A stretch of DNA of 64,000 bases. It comes from an uncultured Chloroflexia bacterium. Lineage in GTDB: Bacteria > Chloroflexota > Limnocylindria > Limnocylindrales > CSP1-4. The stretch's first letter is position 1. Each line of letters begins with the position of its first letter. A model generated the notes under the pieces. That model saw only the letters and a program-made list of their open reading frames with translations. It was not told the DNA's origin and ran no database searches. The position numbers were made by a program, and so were the translations under genes. Of the stretch, positions 20,658 to 30,727 are shown in pieces. The DNA lies in the NCBI GenBank assembly GCA_963734535.1, contig CAVTHS010000007.1, positions 160,001 through 224,000 on the forward strand, read 5' to 3'.

Positions 20658-21423
20658 ATGCACGTGCGGGTCCGCCTGTTCGCCCGCCAGCGGGAGCTGG
20701 CCGGGACGCGCGAGGTGACCCTCGACCTCGCCGAGGGGGCGACGATCGAGGACGCCTGGAAGCGGCGTAGCAGCCCGGGTTCCCGCGATTGCGTCGGGGC
20801 GGCCGTTCGTGCGGTTCGCGCGAAACGGCGACTACGCGGACGCCGAGACGTCCCTGGCCGATGGCGACGAGGTGGCCTGCATCCCGCCGATCAGCGGCGG
20901 CGCGGGCACGGAGGACGCGGCAGGCGACGACCCGGTGATCCGCCGCTTCGAGCTTCGCGCGGAGCCGTTCCCGACTTCCCTCGCCCGCGAGCTTGCCGAT
21001 GCGGTTGCGACCCCGGTCGACGGCGCCGTCGTGATCTTCGAGGGTCGAACGCGGTCGACGCCGGGCACCCCGGCGCCGGGCGAGGAGGACGAGGCTGCGC
21101 GCCACGCGGGTCACGCAGTTGCGTCGCTCGAATACGAGGCCCTGGAGCCGCTGGTTCGTCGGGTCTGGGGTGAGATCGCGGATGACGTGGAGGCCCGCTT
21201 CGGGGTCCGCCGGCTGGCGATCGCGCACCGAACCGGCGACGTGCCGTTGGGCGAGGCGAGTGTCATCATCGCCGCTGCGGCGCCGCACCGGGACGCCGCG
21301 TTCGCCGCCGCGCGCCATGCGATGGACGAGACGAAGGCGCGCGCGCCGATCTGGAAGGCCGAGCATTTCGTCGACGGCCACGTCTGGATCGGTGAGCCGG
21401 CACGCACGGATAGCGTGAAGTGA
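20658..21423 (+). CDS. Molybdopterin synthase MoaD-MoaE fusion; apparent frameshift near 20760-20810
   Basis: MoaD 'VRVRLFARQRE...DEVACIPPISGG' runs in frame into MoaE 'GAVVIFEGRTR','LEYEA','HRTG','APHR','KARAPIWKAE'. Confidence 0.85.
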
Positions 21424-21501
21424 CAGGAGGGGTGATGGCCGCGTCGTCCTCACCGCCCGAGTCTCCAGCTCTGCCCGCGTCGCTTCCGGAGAGGTCGCCT
21501 G

Positions 21502-23091
21502 GTGACCGATCCGCTTGCAGTCGCGCTTGAGCGGGTCATCCGGCTCGCCTCGGACCTGGCAGGCGCCTGGAGCACCCGGGCGCGCGCGTCCACGACGGTG
21601 GCCCGCGAACGTGCGATCCTCCGCCTCTTCGGCGTGGCGGGGCTCGACCACTCGGGCGTGCCGCTCGCGTCGGCGGTCGTGGAGCGCGCGATGGGCGAGG
21701 ATCCGGCCCGCCTCGGCAGCGGGATCGCCCTCCCGTTCGCGATGGCGCTGCTCGAATACGACATCGCCCCGCAGCAGCTTGCGCTCGACGTCGCGAACGG
21801 GGCGATCGACCTCGCGTTCGAGGCACAGCTCCTGGCCGACCCCGAGCGACGTTCCGCCGCCGAGGCGGAGGTCCGGCGCATGGCGGCGCTCGCGGTGGAG
21901 CGCATCGACGCGAACCGCACCGCGCGCCGGGAGACCCTGGCGGTCGTCGGCGAGACCCCCCGCCCGTGGATCGGCGCGACGCTGGCAGCGCCGGGCCTTG
22001 ACACGGCACCGGACGAGGCCGAGGAGCTGATCGACGCGGGAGCCGACCTCCTGCGCATCCGCGTCCCGGCGATCCGCGAGCTCGCAATGCGGCTCCACGA
22101 TCGCGGGATCGATTCGCACGACTGGCGTCCCCGCCCATCGGGCACCCATGACCCGGAGGAGGATCCCGCGGACGTCCCGACGGGCAGCCAGCGCGCGCTT
22201 GCCACGCTGCGGGCGCGCGTCGATGAGGCCGCCGCGGAGGCGCGCCGCTACGTCCGGCTCTCGAGCGTGGCCTCGGCCCTCGCCGCACCGGAGCAGGCGC
22301 TGGTCGCCGCCCTCGAGCGGATCGACGTCGTGGAGGCAGATCCGATCGCCGAGATCGTCGCCGACGGGGTGGACCCGGACCGGGCGCTCGCCGACCATTC
22401 GTTCGGCCATCGGCTCCTGCGTCGCGCGGGCACGCTTGTCATGATCGGGCCGGGGCCGCTCGTCGTGGCCCCCGACCTCGCCACGGGCGTGCCCGCCAAC
22501 GCCGCGACCCGGGCGGGCCGCGCCTTCGCGATGCAGGCGTTGTCGGTCGCCTTCGCGCTCGCAGACGGCGTCCCGGAGGAGCAGCTGATCGCGGGCGCGC
22601 TGACGCCCTGGCTGGCCGGCGAGCCGAACCCGGCGACACAGGCGCTCGCGACCGTAGCGCTTCAGCGCAGCGCCTGGCCGTCCACCTGGCTCGCGTTCGA
22701 GGAGCCGGCCGCATCGGGCGCGATCGCTGCGCGATGGCCGTTGCTGCTCGCGCTCGGGCTCGCGATCTCCGGCCCGTCCGCCATCGTGGTGCGAACTGCT
22801 CGTCGGGCGGAGCTCCCTTCGATCGTCACGTCGACGCGCGCGACGGCCGCCCTCGCGACGGAGCTGGTGGCGACGCCGGCGGAGTCGCTGACCCGGCCGG
22901 CCGTGGCGGCCCACGCCGCGGCGCTGCTCGCGGCCGCCGCGACCACGCTCGAGCGACTGGGCGACGAGGGTTGGAGCGCCCTGCTGGGCGAGCCGCTGGG
23001 CGGGGTCGGGCGACCCCGCCTGGGTGCGACCGCCGTGACGGAGCAGACCGAGCCGTTCGACACGCTGACCGACGCGCTCGGCGGGGGCTGA
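21502..23091 (+). CDS. Divergent homologue of D-lysine 5,6-aminomutase alpha subunit (KamD-like TIM barrel)
   Basis: 'STTVARERAILRLFGVAGLD..GVPL', 'YVRL', 'PEQA..AALERID' resemble KamD; no beta subunit nearby. Confidence 0.65.
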   Translation: MTDPLAVALERVIRLASDLAGAWSTRARASTTVARERAILRLFGVAGLDHSGVPLASAVVERAMGEDPARLGSGIALPFAMALLEYDIAPQQLALDVANGAIDLAFEAQLLADPERRSAAEAEVRRMAALAVERIDANRTARRETLAVVGETPRPWIGATLAAPGLDTAPDEAEELIDAGADLLRIRVPAIRELAMRLHDRGIDSHDWRPRPSGTHDPEEDPADVPTGSQRALATLRARVDEAAAEARRYVRLSSVASALAAPEQALVAALERIDVVEADPIAEIVADGVDPDRALADHSFGHRLLRRAGTLVMIGPGPLVVAPDLATGVPANAATRAGRAFAMQALSVAFALADGVPEEQLIAGALTPWLAGEPNPATQALATVALQRSAWPSTWLAFEEPAASGAIAARWPLLLALGLAISGPSAIVVRTARRAELPSIVTSTRATAALATELVATPAESLTRPAVAAHAAALLAAAATTLERLGDEGWSALLGEPLGGVGRPRLGATAVTEQTEPFDTLTDALGGG

Positions 23092-23144
23092 TCCGCGCCG
23101 CCGGTTGGGCGACCTCGCGGCGAATCCCGCGCTCGCGGTCGCGC

Positions 23145-23183
23145 CAGGCGCTCGCGGCCAGGCGCTCGCGGTCAGGCGCTCGC
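23145..23183. repeat. 14-bp tandem repeat (caggcgctcgcggY, about 2.8 copies)
   Basis: Copies start at 23145, 23159 and 23173, between convergent genes and overlapping a stop codon. Confidence 0.7.
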
Positions 23184-23696
23184 TGGGCCGCCCTTCCGGG
23201 CCTCTTCGACCGCGCCCAGCGCGTCGCGCAGGCGCCCGATCCATTCGCTCTCGTGCTCGCCGACGAGCTTGACGCACCAGGCGAGCGCGTCGCTCCGGCT
23301 GCGGGCCACGCCGGCCTCGACGAGCGTGTCGAGCACCATCCGCTCCGGTTGGCGGAGGCGCGTCATCGCCGGGATTCCTGCCGTCGTGAAGAGCGTCCGC
23401 TCTCCGCCGAGGACGACGCCCCAGGAGACGATCTTGCGGAATCGATGCTGGGCATCCTCCGCGATGGCCATCCGGGTGCCGCGGCTCTCGTCGCGGAATC
23501 GCTCGATGCGCGACGCCCGTGCAGCCGCGCGCGCCGCATCACTGGCGTCGGCGGGCAGCTCGATGTCGGCGAGTGTGCCGACCACCAGGATCTCCTCGCG
23601 GTCGACCGTGATCTCCGGGGCTCCGGTGAACCAGCCGTCGGTGAGGCGCCCGGCGAACCAGCCGGTGATCTCGTCATGGGTTGCGTGCTGTGACAT
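23172..23696 (-). CDS. Conserved hypothetical protein
   Basis: 'GWFAGRL..GWF','VDREEILVVG','PAMTRLRQPERMVLDTLVEAGVARSRSDALAWCV'; aggag upstream of the ATG. Confidence 0.75.
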   Translation of the reverse strand: MSQHATHDEITGWFAGRLTDGWFTGAPEITVDREEILVVGTLADIELPADASDAARAAARASRIERFRDESRGTRMAIAEDAQHRFRKIVSWGVVLGGERTLFTTAGIPAMTRLRQPERMVLDTLVEAGVARSRSDALAWCVKLVGEHESEWIGRLRDALGAVEEARKGGPASA

Positions 23697-23955
23697 TGGG
23701 ATAACGCTCCTGCGTGAACGGTAGTGGCCCCGTCGGGCGTGGGCCAGTAGGGCGTGGCAGATTACATCATTACTCGAAATCCGTGCAACGAGCCGGGTCG
23801 CCATGCCGGTGATCGCCGCGGGCCGTCCTCGGCGCGGCCCTCGGCGCGGCCCGCGGCGTGTCCGGTGGCCGCGGCCGATGGGTGCCGGCGCGCGTCGTGT
23901 ACTAGGCTGAGTCCCGGAAGCCGGGACGGATGTGCGCCCCGCCAAAGGAGGCGAT

Positions 23956-24876
23956 GTGACCAGGTCCGTTCTGCTCTGGATGGCCCGCAACCCCTGGCTG
24001 CGCGGGCGCCTGCCGCGCCTCGGGTTCGTGCGCCGGGCGGTTCGACGCTTCATGCCAGGCGAGGACGCGGAGTCGGCCTTCATCGCGGCCGCGGGGCTGG
24101 CTGCCAGCGGGCAGGGGATCCTCTTCACCCGGCTGGGCGAGAACCTGGCCGAGCTCGCGGAGGCGGACGAGGTCGCGGCCCACTACCGCTCGCTGCTCGA
24201 TCGCGAGGCGTTGCTGCCGCACCCGCCAGAGCTCTCCGTGAAGCCCACCCAGCTCGGGCTCGACATCGATGCCGAGGCCTGCTTCCGGCACCTGGACGCC
24301 CTCGCTGCGCGGGCGGGCGAGGCCGGCACCTGGCTCTGGCTCGACATGGAGGGCTCGACCTACGTCGACGCGACGCTGGACCTCTACGAACGCCTCCGGG
24401 CGGCCCATCCCAACGTGGGGATCTGCCTCCAGGCGTACCTGAAGCGGACGCCGGCGGACCTGCGCCGCCTCCTGCCGCTCCGGCCGGCCGTGCGGCTCGT
24501 GAAGGGCGCCTACGACGAGCCCGCGGAGATCGCCTTCCGCCGTCGGCCCGAGGTGGACGCGGCGTACCAGGCGCTCGCCCTCGTGCTGGCGGAGGCAGCC
24601 CGGGATGGTCGCGCCCGTTGCGCGCTGGGAACGCACGACAGCGGCCTCGTCGAGCGGATCGCGGCATTCGCCGATTCGACGGGGGTGGCACGCGGGTCGC
24701 TGGAGGTGCACATGCTGTACGGCATCCGCGCGCGCGAGCTGGCAAGGCTCAACGCGGCAGGCTTCCCCGCGTCCACGCTGATCGCCTACGGCGCCTTCTG
24801 GTACCCGTGGTACATGCGCCGGCTCGCCGAGCGGCCCGCAAACGTCCTCTTCGCGCTCCGGCAGCTTCTGCCGTAG
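23956..24876 (+). CDS. Proline dehydrogenase (monofunctional)
   Basis: 'RRFMPGE','LSVKPTQLG','LDMEG','LQAYLKRT','RLVKGAY','GTHD','MLYG','YMRRLAERPAN'. Confidence 0.92.
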   Translation: MTRSVLLWMARNPWLRGRLPRLGFVRRAVRRFMPGEDAESAFIAAAGLAASGQGILFTRLGENLAELAEADEVAAHYRSLLDREALLPHPPELSVKPTQLGLDIDAEACFRHLDALAARAGEAGTWLWLDMEGSTYVDATLDLYERLRAAHPNVGICLQAYLKRTPADLRRLLPLRPAVRLVKGAYDEPAEIAFRRRPEVDAAYQALALVLAEAARDGRARCALGTHDSGLVERIAAFADSTGVARGSLEVHMLYGIRARELARLNAAGFPASTLIAYGAFWYPWYMRRLAERPANVLFALRQLLP

Positions 24877-24960
24877 GGCGTCGTCGCCTCCGACGCCCCT
24901 CAGACCGTTTGCGTCTGCGCCGTCGCGCCGGCGCCGTCGCGCCAGGCCGGCTCGCTGGGC

Positions 24961-26548
24961 CTAGTGGACGCGCGACTCCAGGCCCGTCCAGAACGGTTCG
25001 CGCAGCTCCGTCTTCAGGATCTTCCCGGTCCCGCCCTTGGGAAGGGCGTCGCGGAAGTGGATCTCACGCGGCACCTTGAAGCGTGCGAGCCGCCCGCGGC
25101 AGAAGAGCTTCAGCTCCTTCGCGCTCGCCTCCATCCCGGGCTTGAGCACGACGAGCGCCACGGGTGCCTCGCCGAACGTGCCGTCCGGCGCGGCGACGAC
25201 GGCGCACTCGAGGACCGAGGGATGGGCGGCCAGCGCGTTCTCCACCTCGACGGACGAGATGTTCTCGCCCCCACGGATGATCACGTCCTTGGAGCGGTCC
25301 TTGATCAGGACATAGCCGGCCTCGTCGAGCGTGGCCATGTCGCCCGTGCGAAGCCAGCCGTCGCGCATGGCCGCCGCCGTTGCATCCGGATCGCGGTAGT
25401 AGCCGGCCATGACGCTGTTGCCGCGCACCACGATCTCGCCGATGCGCTCGCCGTCCGGCCGGACGTCGCGCCCCTCGCTGTCCACGACGCGGAGCTGGAC
25501 GCCCGGGATCGGCCAGCCGGTGAGCGCCTGGCGCTCGTGGCGGCGCTCGGGCGGCTCGGCGTCCGTGAGGACCTGGCGTGGCAGCGCCAGCGTGAGGATC
25601 GGAGCCGTCTCGGTGAGGCCATACCCCACGATCGCCTGCACGCCCAGCTGCTCCTCGAGCGCGTGCACCAGGGCCGGTGAGGCCGGCGAGCCGCCGATGA
25701 TCACCTGGCGAAGGCTGGAGAGGTCGAAGCTCGGACGCTCGTGGTGATGGACGAGCGCGTTGAAGATCGCCGGCACCGCGAGCAGGCGCGTCACGTGATG
25801 GCGCTGGACGAGCTCCATGAGCGCCGTCGGATCGAAGCGCCGCAGCATGACGTGGCGGCCGCCGACCATCGTGAGGAAGTGCGGGACGCCCCAGCCGTTC
25901 ACGTGGAAGAGCGGCACCACGTGGAGGATCACGTCCTCCTCGCCGAACCCGAGGGAGATCTGGGCGTGGACGGAGTGGAGGTACAGCTCCCGGTGGGTGA
26001 GGGCGACTCCCTTCGGCAGGCCCGTCGTGCCGCTCGTGTAGAAGAGCTCGGCGGTGGCGTTCTCGTCGACCTGCGGGCGGCGCGGCTCCGGGGAGCCGCC
26101 CGAGAGGAGCGCTTCATACTCGTCGCTCGCGATGCCGCCCGGCTCGTCCTTCCAGGATCACGAAGCGCGGTCGCGTCGTGAGCTCGGGGACGATCGCCTC
26201 CACGAGGGGCAGGAAGTCCCGGTGGAATGCCACCAGCTTCGAGCCGGCGTGGTCGAGGATGTAGGCGATCTCGCGCGGGGTGAGCCTGATGTTGATCGGG
26301 TTCAGCACTGCGCCCGCCTCCAGGACGCCGTAGTAGGCCTCCAGGAGGTGGTGCGTGTTGTAGGTGATGAACGAGACGCGATCCCCAGCCCCGATCCCCA
26401 GCCCCAGGAGCGCGTTCGCGAGCCGATGCGTGCGCTCGGCGTATGCGCGGTAGGTGAACTGCTGCTCGCCATCGATGATGCCGACCTTGTCGCCGAAATA
26501 GGTCGCGGCTCTGTCACGGAACTCGAGGACCGAGAGCGGCACGAACAC
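24961..26548 (-). CDS. Long-chain acyl-CoA synthetase (AMP-forming); one frameshift near 26120-26150
   Basis: 'LFYTSGTTGLPKG', 'GYGLTE', 'TGD', 'RGGENISSVEVE', 'GKILK'. Confidence 0.9.
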
Positions 26549-26684
26549 CGGGAACCTCCATGCTCGACGGGCGCCGTCGCAGGCCGCAAGTGTCGCGCAC
26601 CCGGCCCGCTCCGTCACGCGCCATCGCACCCCACGGGCATGCGGCGCGATGGGAACGCCCGGCCGCGGGCGTATCGCCTCCCAG

Positions 26685-26708
26685 GTTAGTTGTCATATGA
26701 CAAGTAAC
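26685..26708. promoter_or_regulatory. Palindromic operator, probably bound by the adjacent MarR
   Basis: GTTAG-TTGTCATATGACAA-GTAAC: perfect 14-bp core, AT-rich, 13 bp upstream of the MarR start. Confidence 0.7.
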
Positions 26709-26721
26709 GTGGTAGTCTCCG

Positions 26722-27200
26722 GTGATGAGCGACGACGCCGCAACAATCGAAGCCGTCGACGTGCTCGAGCTCATGGCACGGGCAACGATCGACGTGACAA
26801 CGCGGGTCCTCGCGGATGCCACCCCCGGTCTCGACCTGAGCCTGCTCCAATGGCGCGCGCTCGTGGTCATCGGGGACGATGCGACCGGTGCCCGGGTCGG
26901 CCGGGTCGGCGAACGGGTCGGCGTCCCGCTTCCGGCCGCCAGTCGCCTCGTGCAGCGCCTCCGGCGGCGTGGGCTGGTCCACCTCGAACGGGATTCCGAC
27001 GACGGGCGCGCCACGCGCGTCCGGCTGACGCACGTCGGCCACCAGACCCGTTCGAGCGTTCTGGCCCGCCGCCGCCACCTCATCTCCGAGGCTCTCGGCC
27101 AGACGCTCCTGCCCGCCGAGGCGGTCCAGGGGCTCCGCGTCGTGGCCGAACGCTTCGATCGACTGGGCCGGGAGACCCCGGCTCCGCGCACTGGGCCCAC
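26722..27200 (+). CDS. MarR family regulator; as sequenced it reads in frame into the downstream peptide
   Basis: 'LSLLQWRALVVI','SRLVQRLRRRGLV','DDGRATRVRLT'; 3' end approximate. Confidence 0.8.
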
Positions 27201-27222
27201 CGGGGGCCCGGAAAGGGGAACC

Positions 27223-27486
27223 ATGAACGAGTCCGATACGCACCAGACGATCAAGACCGGCACCTTCGCCGAGGGCGAAGAGACGACTCCCGAGAAGGAC
27301 GCCGAGGATCGCGTTCTGCATCGCGGCAGCTTCGCGTCCGGCGAGGAGACCAAGCCCGAGGAGAATGCCGAGCGACGCATCCATGGGCGCGGCGGGTTCG
27401 CCGTGGGCCAGGAGGAGGATCCGAAGGACGACGCCGAGAAGCGCGCGCATCCCGGCACCTTCGGCGACACGAAGCCAACGGCCTGA
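27223..27486 (+). CDS. Small acidic protein of 22-aa GxFAxGxE repeats
   Basis: Own RBS (aagggg) and ATG; repeats GTFAEGEE, GSFASGEE, GGFAVGQE, GTFGD. Confidence 0.7.
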   Translation: MNESDTHQTIKTGTFAEGEETTPEKDAEDRVLHRGSFASGEETKPEENAERRIHGRGGFAVGQEEDPKDDAEKRAHPGTFGDTKPTA

Positions 27487-27655
27487 TCTGCTGCGTGTCC
27501 GGCTCGGGGGCCGGACGCTCGAACCCTGGCCCCACGGCGGCCCGCCGGGACCGACGTGGGGCCCCTGTCCGGAGGAGCAACCCCTGCGCAACGCCCGACA
27601 GGGGACGCTGGGCCCTGCGGCTCGTCGCGCCCCGCTCCCGGCAGGATCTCGGTGG

Positions 27656-28030
27656 TCAGGACACCTGCTGGACGAGCCGGTGGGGACGCCGCGCCCGGCT
27701 CGGGACGTCGATCCATCCGAGGAGCAGGAGAGCGTGGGGGATCGAGACGGCGCCGAGTCGCTGGTAGAGCGACGAGAGGTTGTTCTTCGCGGTCGAGTAG
27801 CTGATCCTCAGGCAGTACGCGGCCTGCTGGACGCCCCCGTGCTGGCAGACCTCCGCGAGCACCTCGAGCTCACGACTGCGGGGTGGCGTCCCGAACTCGG
27901 ATCGGGGTCCGAAGCCACCGTGACCGTCGACGACGTCGTGGAGGACGACCGCAGCGAGCTGCCGGCGGAGGCGACGCGCCCTGGCCTGGGCCGCATCACG
28001 GGCTCGCTGCTCGTCGTTGCGGCGGCTCAT
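27656..28030 (-). CDS. Small LuxR-type HTH protein
   Basis: 'RELEVLAEV','AAYCLRISYSTAKNNLSSLYQRLG'. Confidence 0.65.
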   Translation of the reverse strand: MSRRNDEQRARDAAQARARRLRRQLAAVVLHDVVDGHGGFGPRSEFGTPPRSRELEVLAEVCQHGGVQQAAYCLRISYSTAKNNLSSLYQRLGAVSIPHALLLLGWIDVPSRARRPHRLVQQVS

Positions 28031-28260
28031 TGGCTGAGCGCCTCGCCGCGCAGGTCGCGGATCGTCGTGTTGCTGACGTCGTGGGTCCGGCTCCGTTCGC
28101 CCGGCTGCCAGTTCGGGCACCGCCATGCGAAATTCGGGCCGAACTCGCCGGTGTCGCGATCGTAGCCGTCGCCGGCGTGGTACCAGCGCATGCCGGCGCC
28201 GCACCGGCCGCAGAACCGCCACGGGAGACCGTTTCGCGTGGGGGTCGTCGTGGCGACGGG
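28027..28260 (-). CDS. Small putative Zn-ribbon protein (start uncertain)
   Basis: 'FCGRCGAGM...WRCPNW...TH'; its stop overlaps the LuxR ATG (ATGA coupling). Confidence 0.45.
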   Translation of the reverse strand, partial: PVATTTPTRNGLPWRFCGRCGAGMRWYHAGDGYDRDTGEFGPNFAWRCPNWQPGERSRTHDVSNTTIRDLRGEALSQ

Positions 28261-28652
28261 GGTTCGAAGGGGGATTGGTCGGCCTGACGCCCTCTGGGCG
28301 CCGCTGTCGAGTGCTGACAACCGTCGTGCCTCCTCCCTACCGGGGCGTCGCGAGACGATCGCGACGAGCGGTGGAACGGGGACGGCAATCGAGATCGACC
28401 CGACTTCGAAGCGCTGGGGTTTGGGTCTGGGCAAGTTCCGGGCAAGCCTGACGCCGTCCTGGTATTGCGGGCCCTGGCACATCGCCACGCTGGACCTGAT
28501 GCCCCCTCGCGGGGGTCGTCACCCGAAGGGGGCGATCGACGTCGCGGAGTATGCCACCACTTGTCCCGCGGCGCCCTCGAGGTCGCGGACATCTCGACCG
28601 CGGCCCAGCGGCGACGCGCCCGCCGATCGTCGCTCACGCGGCCAATTCTGTG

Positions 28653-28671
28653 ACTTGCGCAAGTACGCAAG
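28653..28671. promoter_or_regulatory. Palindromic site upstream of ArsR (likely operator)
   Basis: ACTTGCGCAAGT perfect palindrome at 28653-28664, overlapping CTTGCG-N6-CGCAAG. Confidence 0.55.
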
Positions 28672-28732
28672 AACCTGCTAGGATGACGCCGTCGCCGCGC
28701 GGCGCATGACCAGTCGAGGAACCGCCAGGACC

Positions 28733-29098
28733 ATGCAACCGACCCAACCGACGCTCGAGCACTACCGGCTGCACGCTGACGTCTGCCGGGTCCTGACGGA
28801 CCCGAAGCGCCTGATGCTGATCGCCGCCCTTCGGGCGGGCGAACGGTCAGTCGGTGAGCTTGCGCTGGAGATCGGGGCGGCTCTTCCGAACGCGAGTCAG
28901 CACCTCGCGGTCCTGCGGACGGCCGGGCTCGTCGAAGGCCGGCGGGTCGGAACCACGGTGGTCTATCGGCTGGCGGAGCCCGCCATCACCGACGCCTGCG
29001 ACATCATCTCCGCGATCGTTGCCCGCCGGGTCGGGCGCTCGGTGATCCCATCTGCCGGGCACGCGCCCGACGCCTCCCTTCCTGGCATCCAGAGGTGA
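28733..29098 (+). CDS. ArsR/SmtB family regulator with two Cys
   Basis: '[13 protein letters not shown]','SVGEL','SQHLAVLR','YRLA...ACD'. Confidence 0.9.
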   Translation: MQPTQPTLEHYRLHADVCRVLTDPKRLMLIAALRAGERSVGELALEIGAALPNASQHLAVLRTAGLVEGRRVGTTVVYRLAEPAITDACDIISAIVARRVGRSVIPSAGHAPDASLPGIQR

Positions 29099-29102
29099 CC
29101 GC

Positions 29103-29510
29103 ATGACCGTTCTGACCAGCTTCACGTTCGGAACCCGGCTTCCGGGGACGATCGCCAGCGTGCGACCGAGCGTCGAGGCCGCGCTCAAGGCCGAGGGCTT
29201 CGGCATCCTCACCGAGATCGACGTGCAGGCGACGATGAAGGCGAAGCTCGGCGTCGACCGGGCGCCCTATCTCATCCTCGGCGCGTGCAACCCGCCGCTC
29301 GCCCACCGGGCGCTCGAGGCCGATCCATCGACGGGCGCGCTCCTGCCGTGCAACGTCGTCCTCCGCGAGGATGCCGGCGAGATCGTGGTGGAGGCGATGG
29401 ACCCCATGGCCGCCCTCGGAATCGTCGACGCCCCGGGCGTCCGCGCGGTCGCGGAAGAGGCGAAGGCACGCCTGGTCCGGGCGATCGACGCGCTCGCGGC
29501 GGGCGCCTGA
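29103..29510 (+). CDS. DUF302 domain protein
   Basis: '[13 protein letters not shown]','YLILGACNP','LLPCNVV'. Confidence 0.9.
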   Translation: MTVLTSFTFGTRLPGTIASVRPSVEAALKAEGFGILTEIDVQATMKAKLGVDRAPYLILGACNPPLAHRALEADPSTGALLPCNVVLREDAGEIVVEAMDPMAALGIVDAPGVRAVAEEAKARLVRAIDALAAGA

Positions 29511-29583
29511 CGCACCCCATTCCGGAGGCCGCCGCGCCCGACGCGACGACCGCCCAAAGGAACCCTGGACGGAGATCCACCTC

Positions 29584-30102
29584 ATGGCTGTCAAGACGGC
29601 ATCCGTCACGCTGGACGGGTTCGACCTCCGCTTCGTCGCCACGTCCGGCAGCGGGCACACGTTCGTCCTGGACGACGGCAAGGGAGATGCCGGGCCGCGC
29701 CCAGCTGAGCTGATCCCGATGGCGCTGGCCGGCTGCACGGCGATGGACGTGATCTCGATCCTTCGCAAGAAGCGCCAGGACGTGACGCGGTACGAGGTGC
29801 GCGCCGAGGGTGTGCAGATGGACGAGCACCCGAACGCGTTCACCCGCATCGACGTCCTCCACGTGGTTGAGGGGTCCGGGGTCGACGTGGACGCGCTGCG
29901 CCGCGCGATCGAGCTCTCCGCGACGAAGTACTGCAGCGTCGGCGCGACACTGGCGGCCGGCATCACCGAGATCCACCACGCATATCTCCTGCGCGGCGAC
30001 GACGGCTCCGAGCGGACGGCCGAGGTCCTTGTCCTCGGTCCTGGTGCCGATCCGGTCGGGACCGTAGCCCGGGTGCCTGCCGCGGCCGCCGCGGCAGGCT
30101 GA
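29584..30102 (+). CDS. OsmC family protein (YhfA-like)
   Basis: 'GPRPAEL','LAGCTAMDV','SATKYCSV'. Confidence 0.88.
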   Translation: MAVKTASVTLDGFDLRFVATSGSGHTFVLDDGKGDAGPRPAELIPMALAGCTAMDVISILRKKRQDVTRYEVRAEGVQMDEHPNAFTRIDVLHVVEGSGVDVDALRRAIELSATKYCSVGATLAAGITEIHHAYLLRGDDGSERTAEVLVLGPGADPVGTVARVPAAAAAAG

Positions 30103-30145
30103 ACGTCCGACCCCGCTTCCCACCTACTCGAGGGAGACAATCACG

Positions 30146-30727
30146 ATGTCCAGCAAGCGCAAGAGCCGCCAGGCAACCGCGACCGCGCCGCGCCCGGGCG
30201 GCTCCACCGGGCGGTCGGGTTCCGCGAACCGCAATTCGGCCGGGTCGGGCACCACCCGTCGGTGGGTGCTGCTCGGGTCGGCGCTCGCGGTGGCGCTCAT
30301 CGCGGCGGTCGCCGGCTGGGCGGTCCTCTCCGGTCAACCCGGCACAGGCAGCACAGGGTCAACCGGGGAACGGCAGGGGACCGTGATCCAGGCGAACGGT
30401 GGCCACTGGACCAACATCACCCCGGACACGCTCGCCTCGATGCTCGTGAAGAAGGACTTCACGCTCCTCAACGTGAAGACGCCGTACATCGGCGAGATCG
30501 CCGGGACCGATCTCTACGTCCCGTACACGGACCTCGCCGCCCGCGCCACGGAGCTGCCCGCAGACAAGGGCGCCAGGATCGTCGTCTACTGCCGGAGCGG
30601 CAACGAGAGCGCGATCGCGTCGCAGACCCTGATCGATCTCGGCTACACGAACATCGACAACCTCGATGGCGGGATGAACGCCTGGACCGCGACCGGCCGC
30701 CAGCTCGTGCAGCTCAACCGCGGGTGA
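30146..30727 (+). CDS. Membrane-anchored single-domain rhodanese
   Basis: N-terminal TM; active loop 'YCRSGNES'; 'NLDGGMNAW'. Confidence 0.88.
   Translation: MSSKRKSRQATATAPRPGGSTGRSGSANRNSAGSGTTRRWVLLGSALAVALIAAVAGWAVLSGQPGTGSTGSTGERQGTVIQANGGHWTNITPDTLASMLVKKDFTLLNVKTPYIGEIAGTDLYVPYTDLAARATELPADKGARIVVYCRSGNESAIASQTLIDLGYTNIDNLDGGMNAWTATGRQLVQLNRG

Noticed and set aside
23129-23183. Short direct repeats as a possible CRISPR array
   Set aside because: 14-bp units are directly adjacent with no spacers and no cas genes; it is a simple tandem repeat
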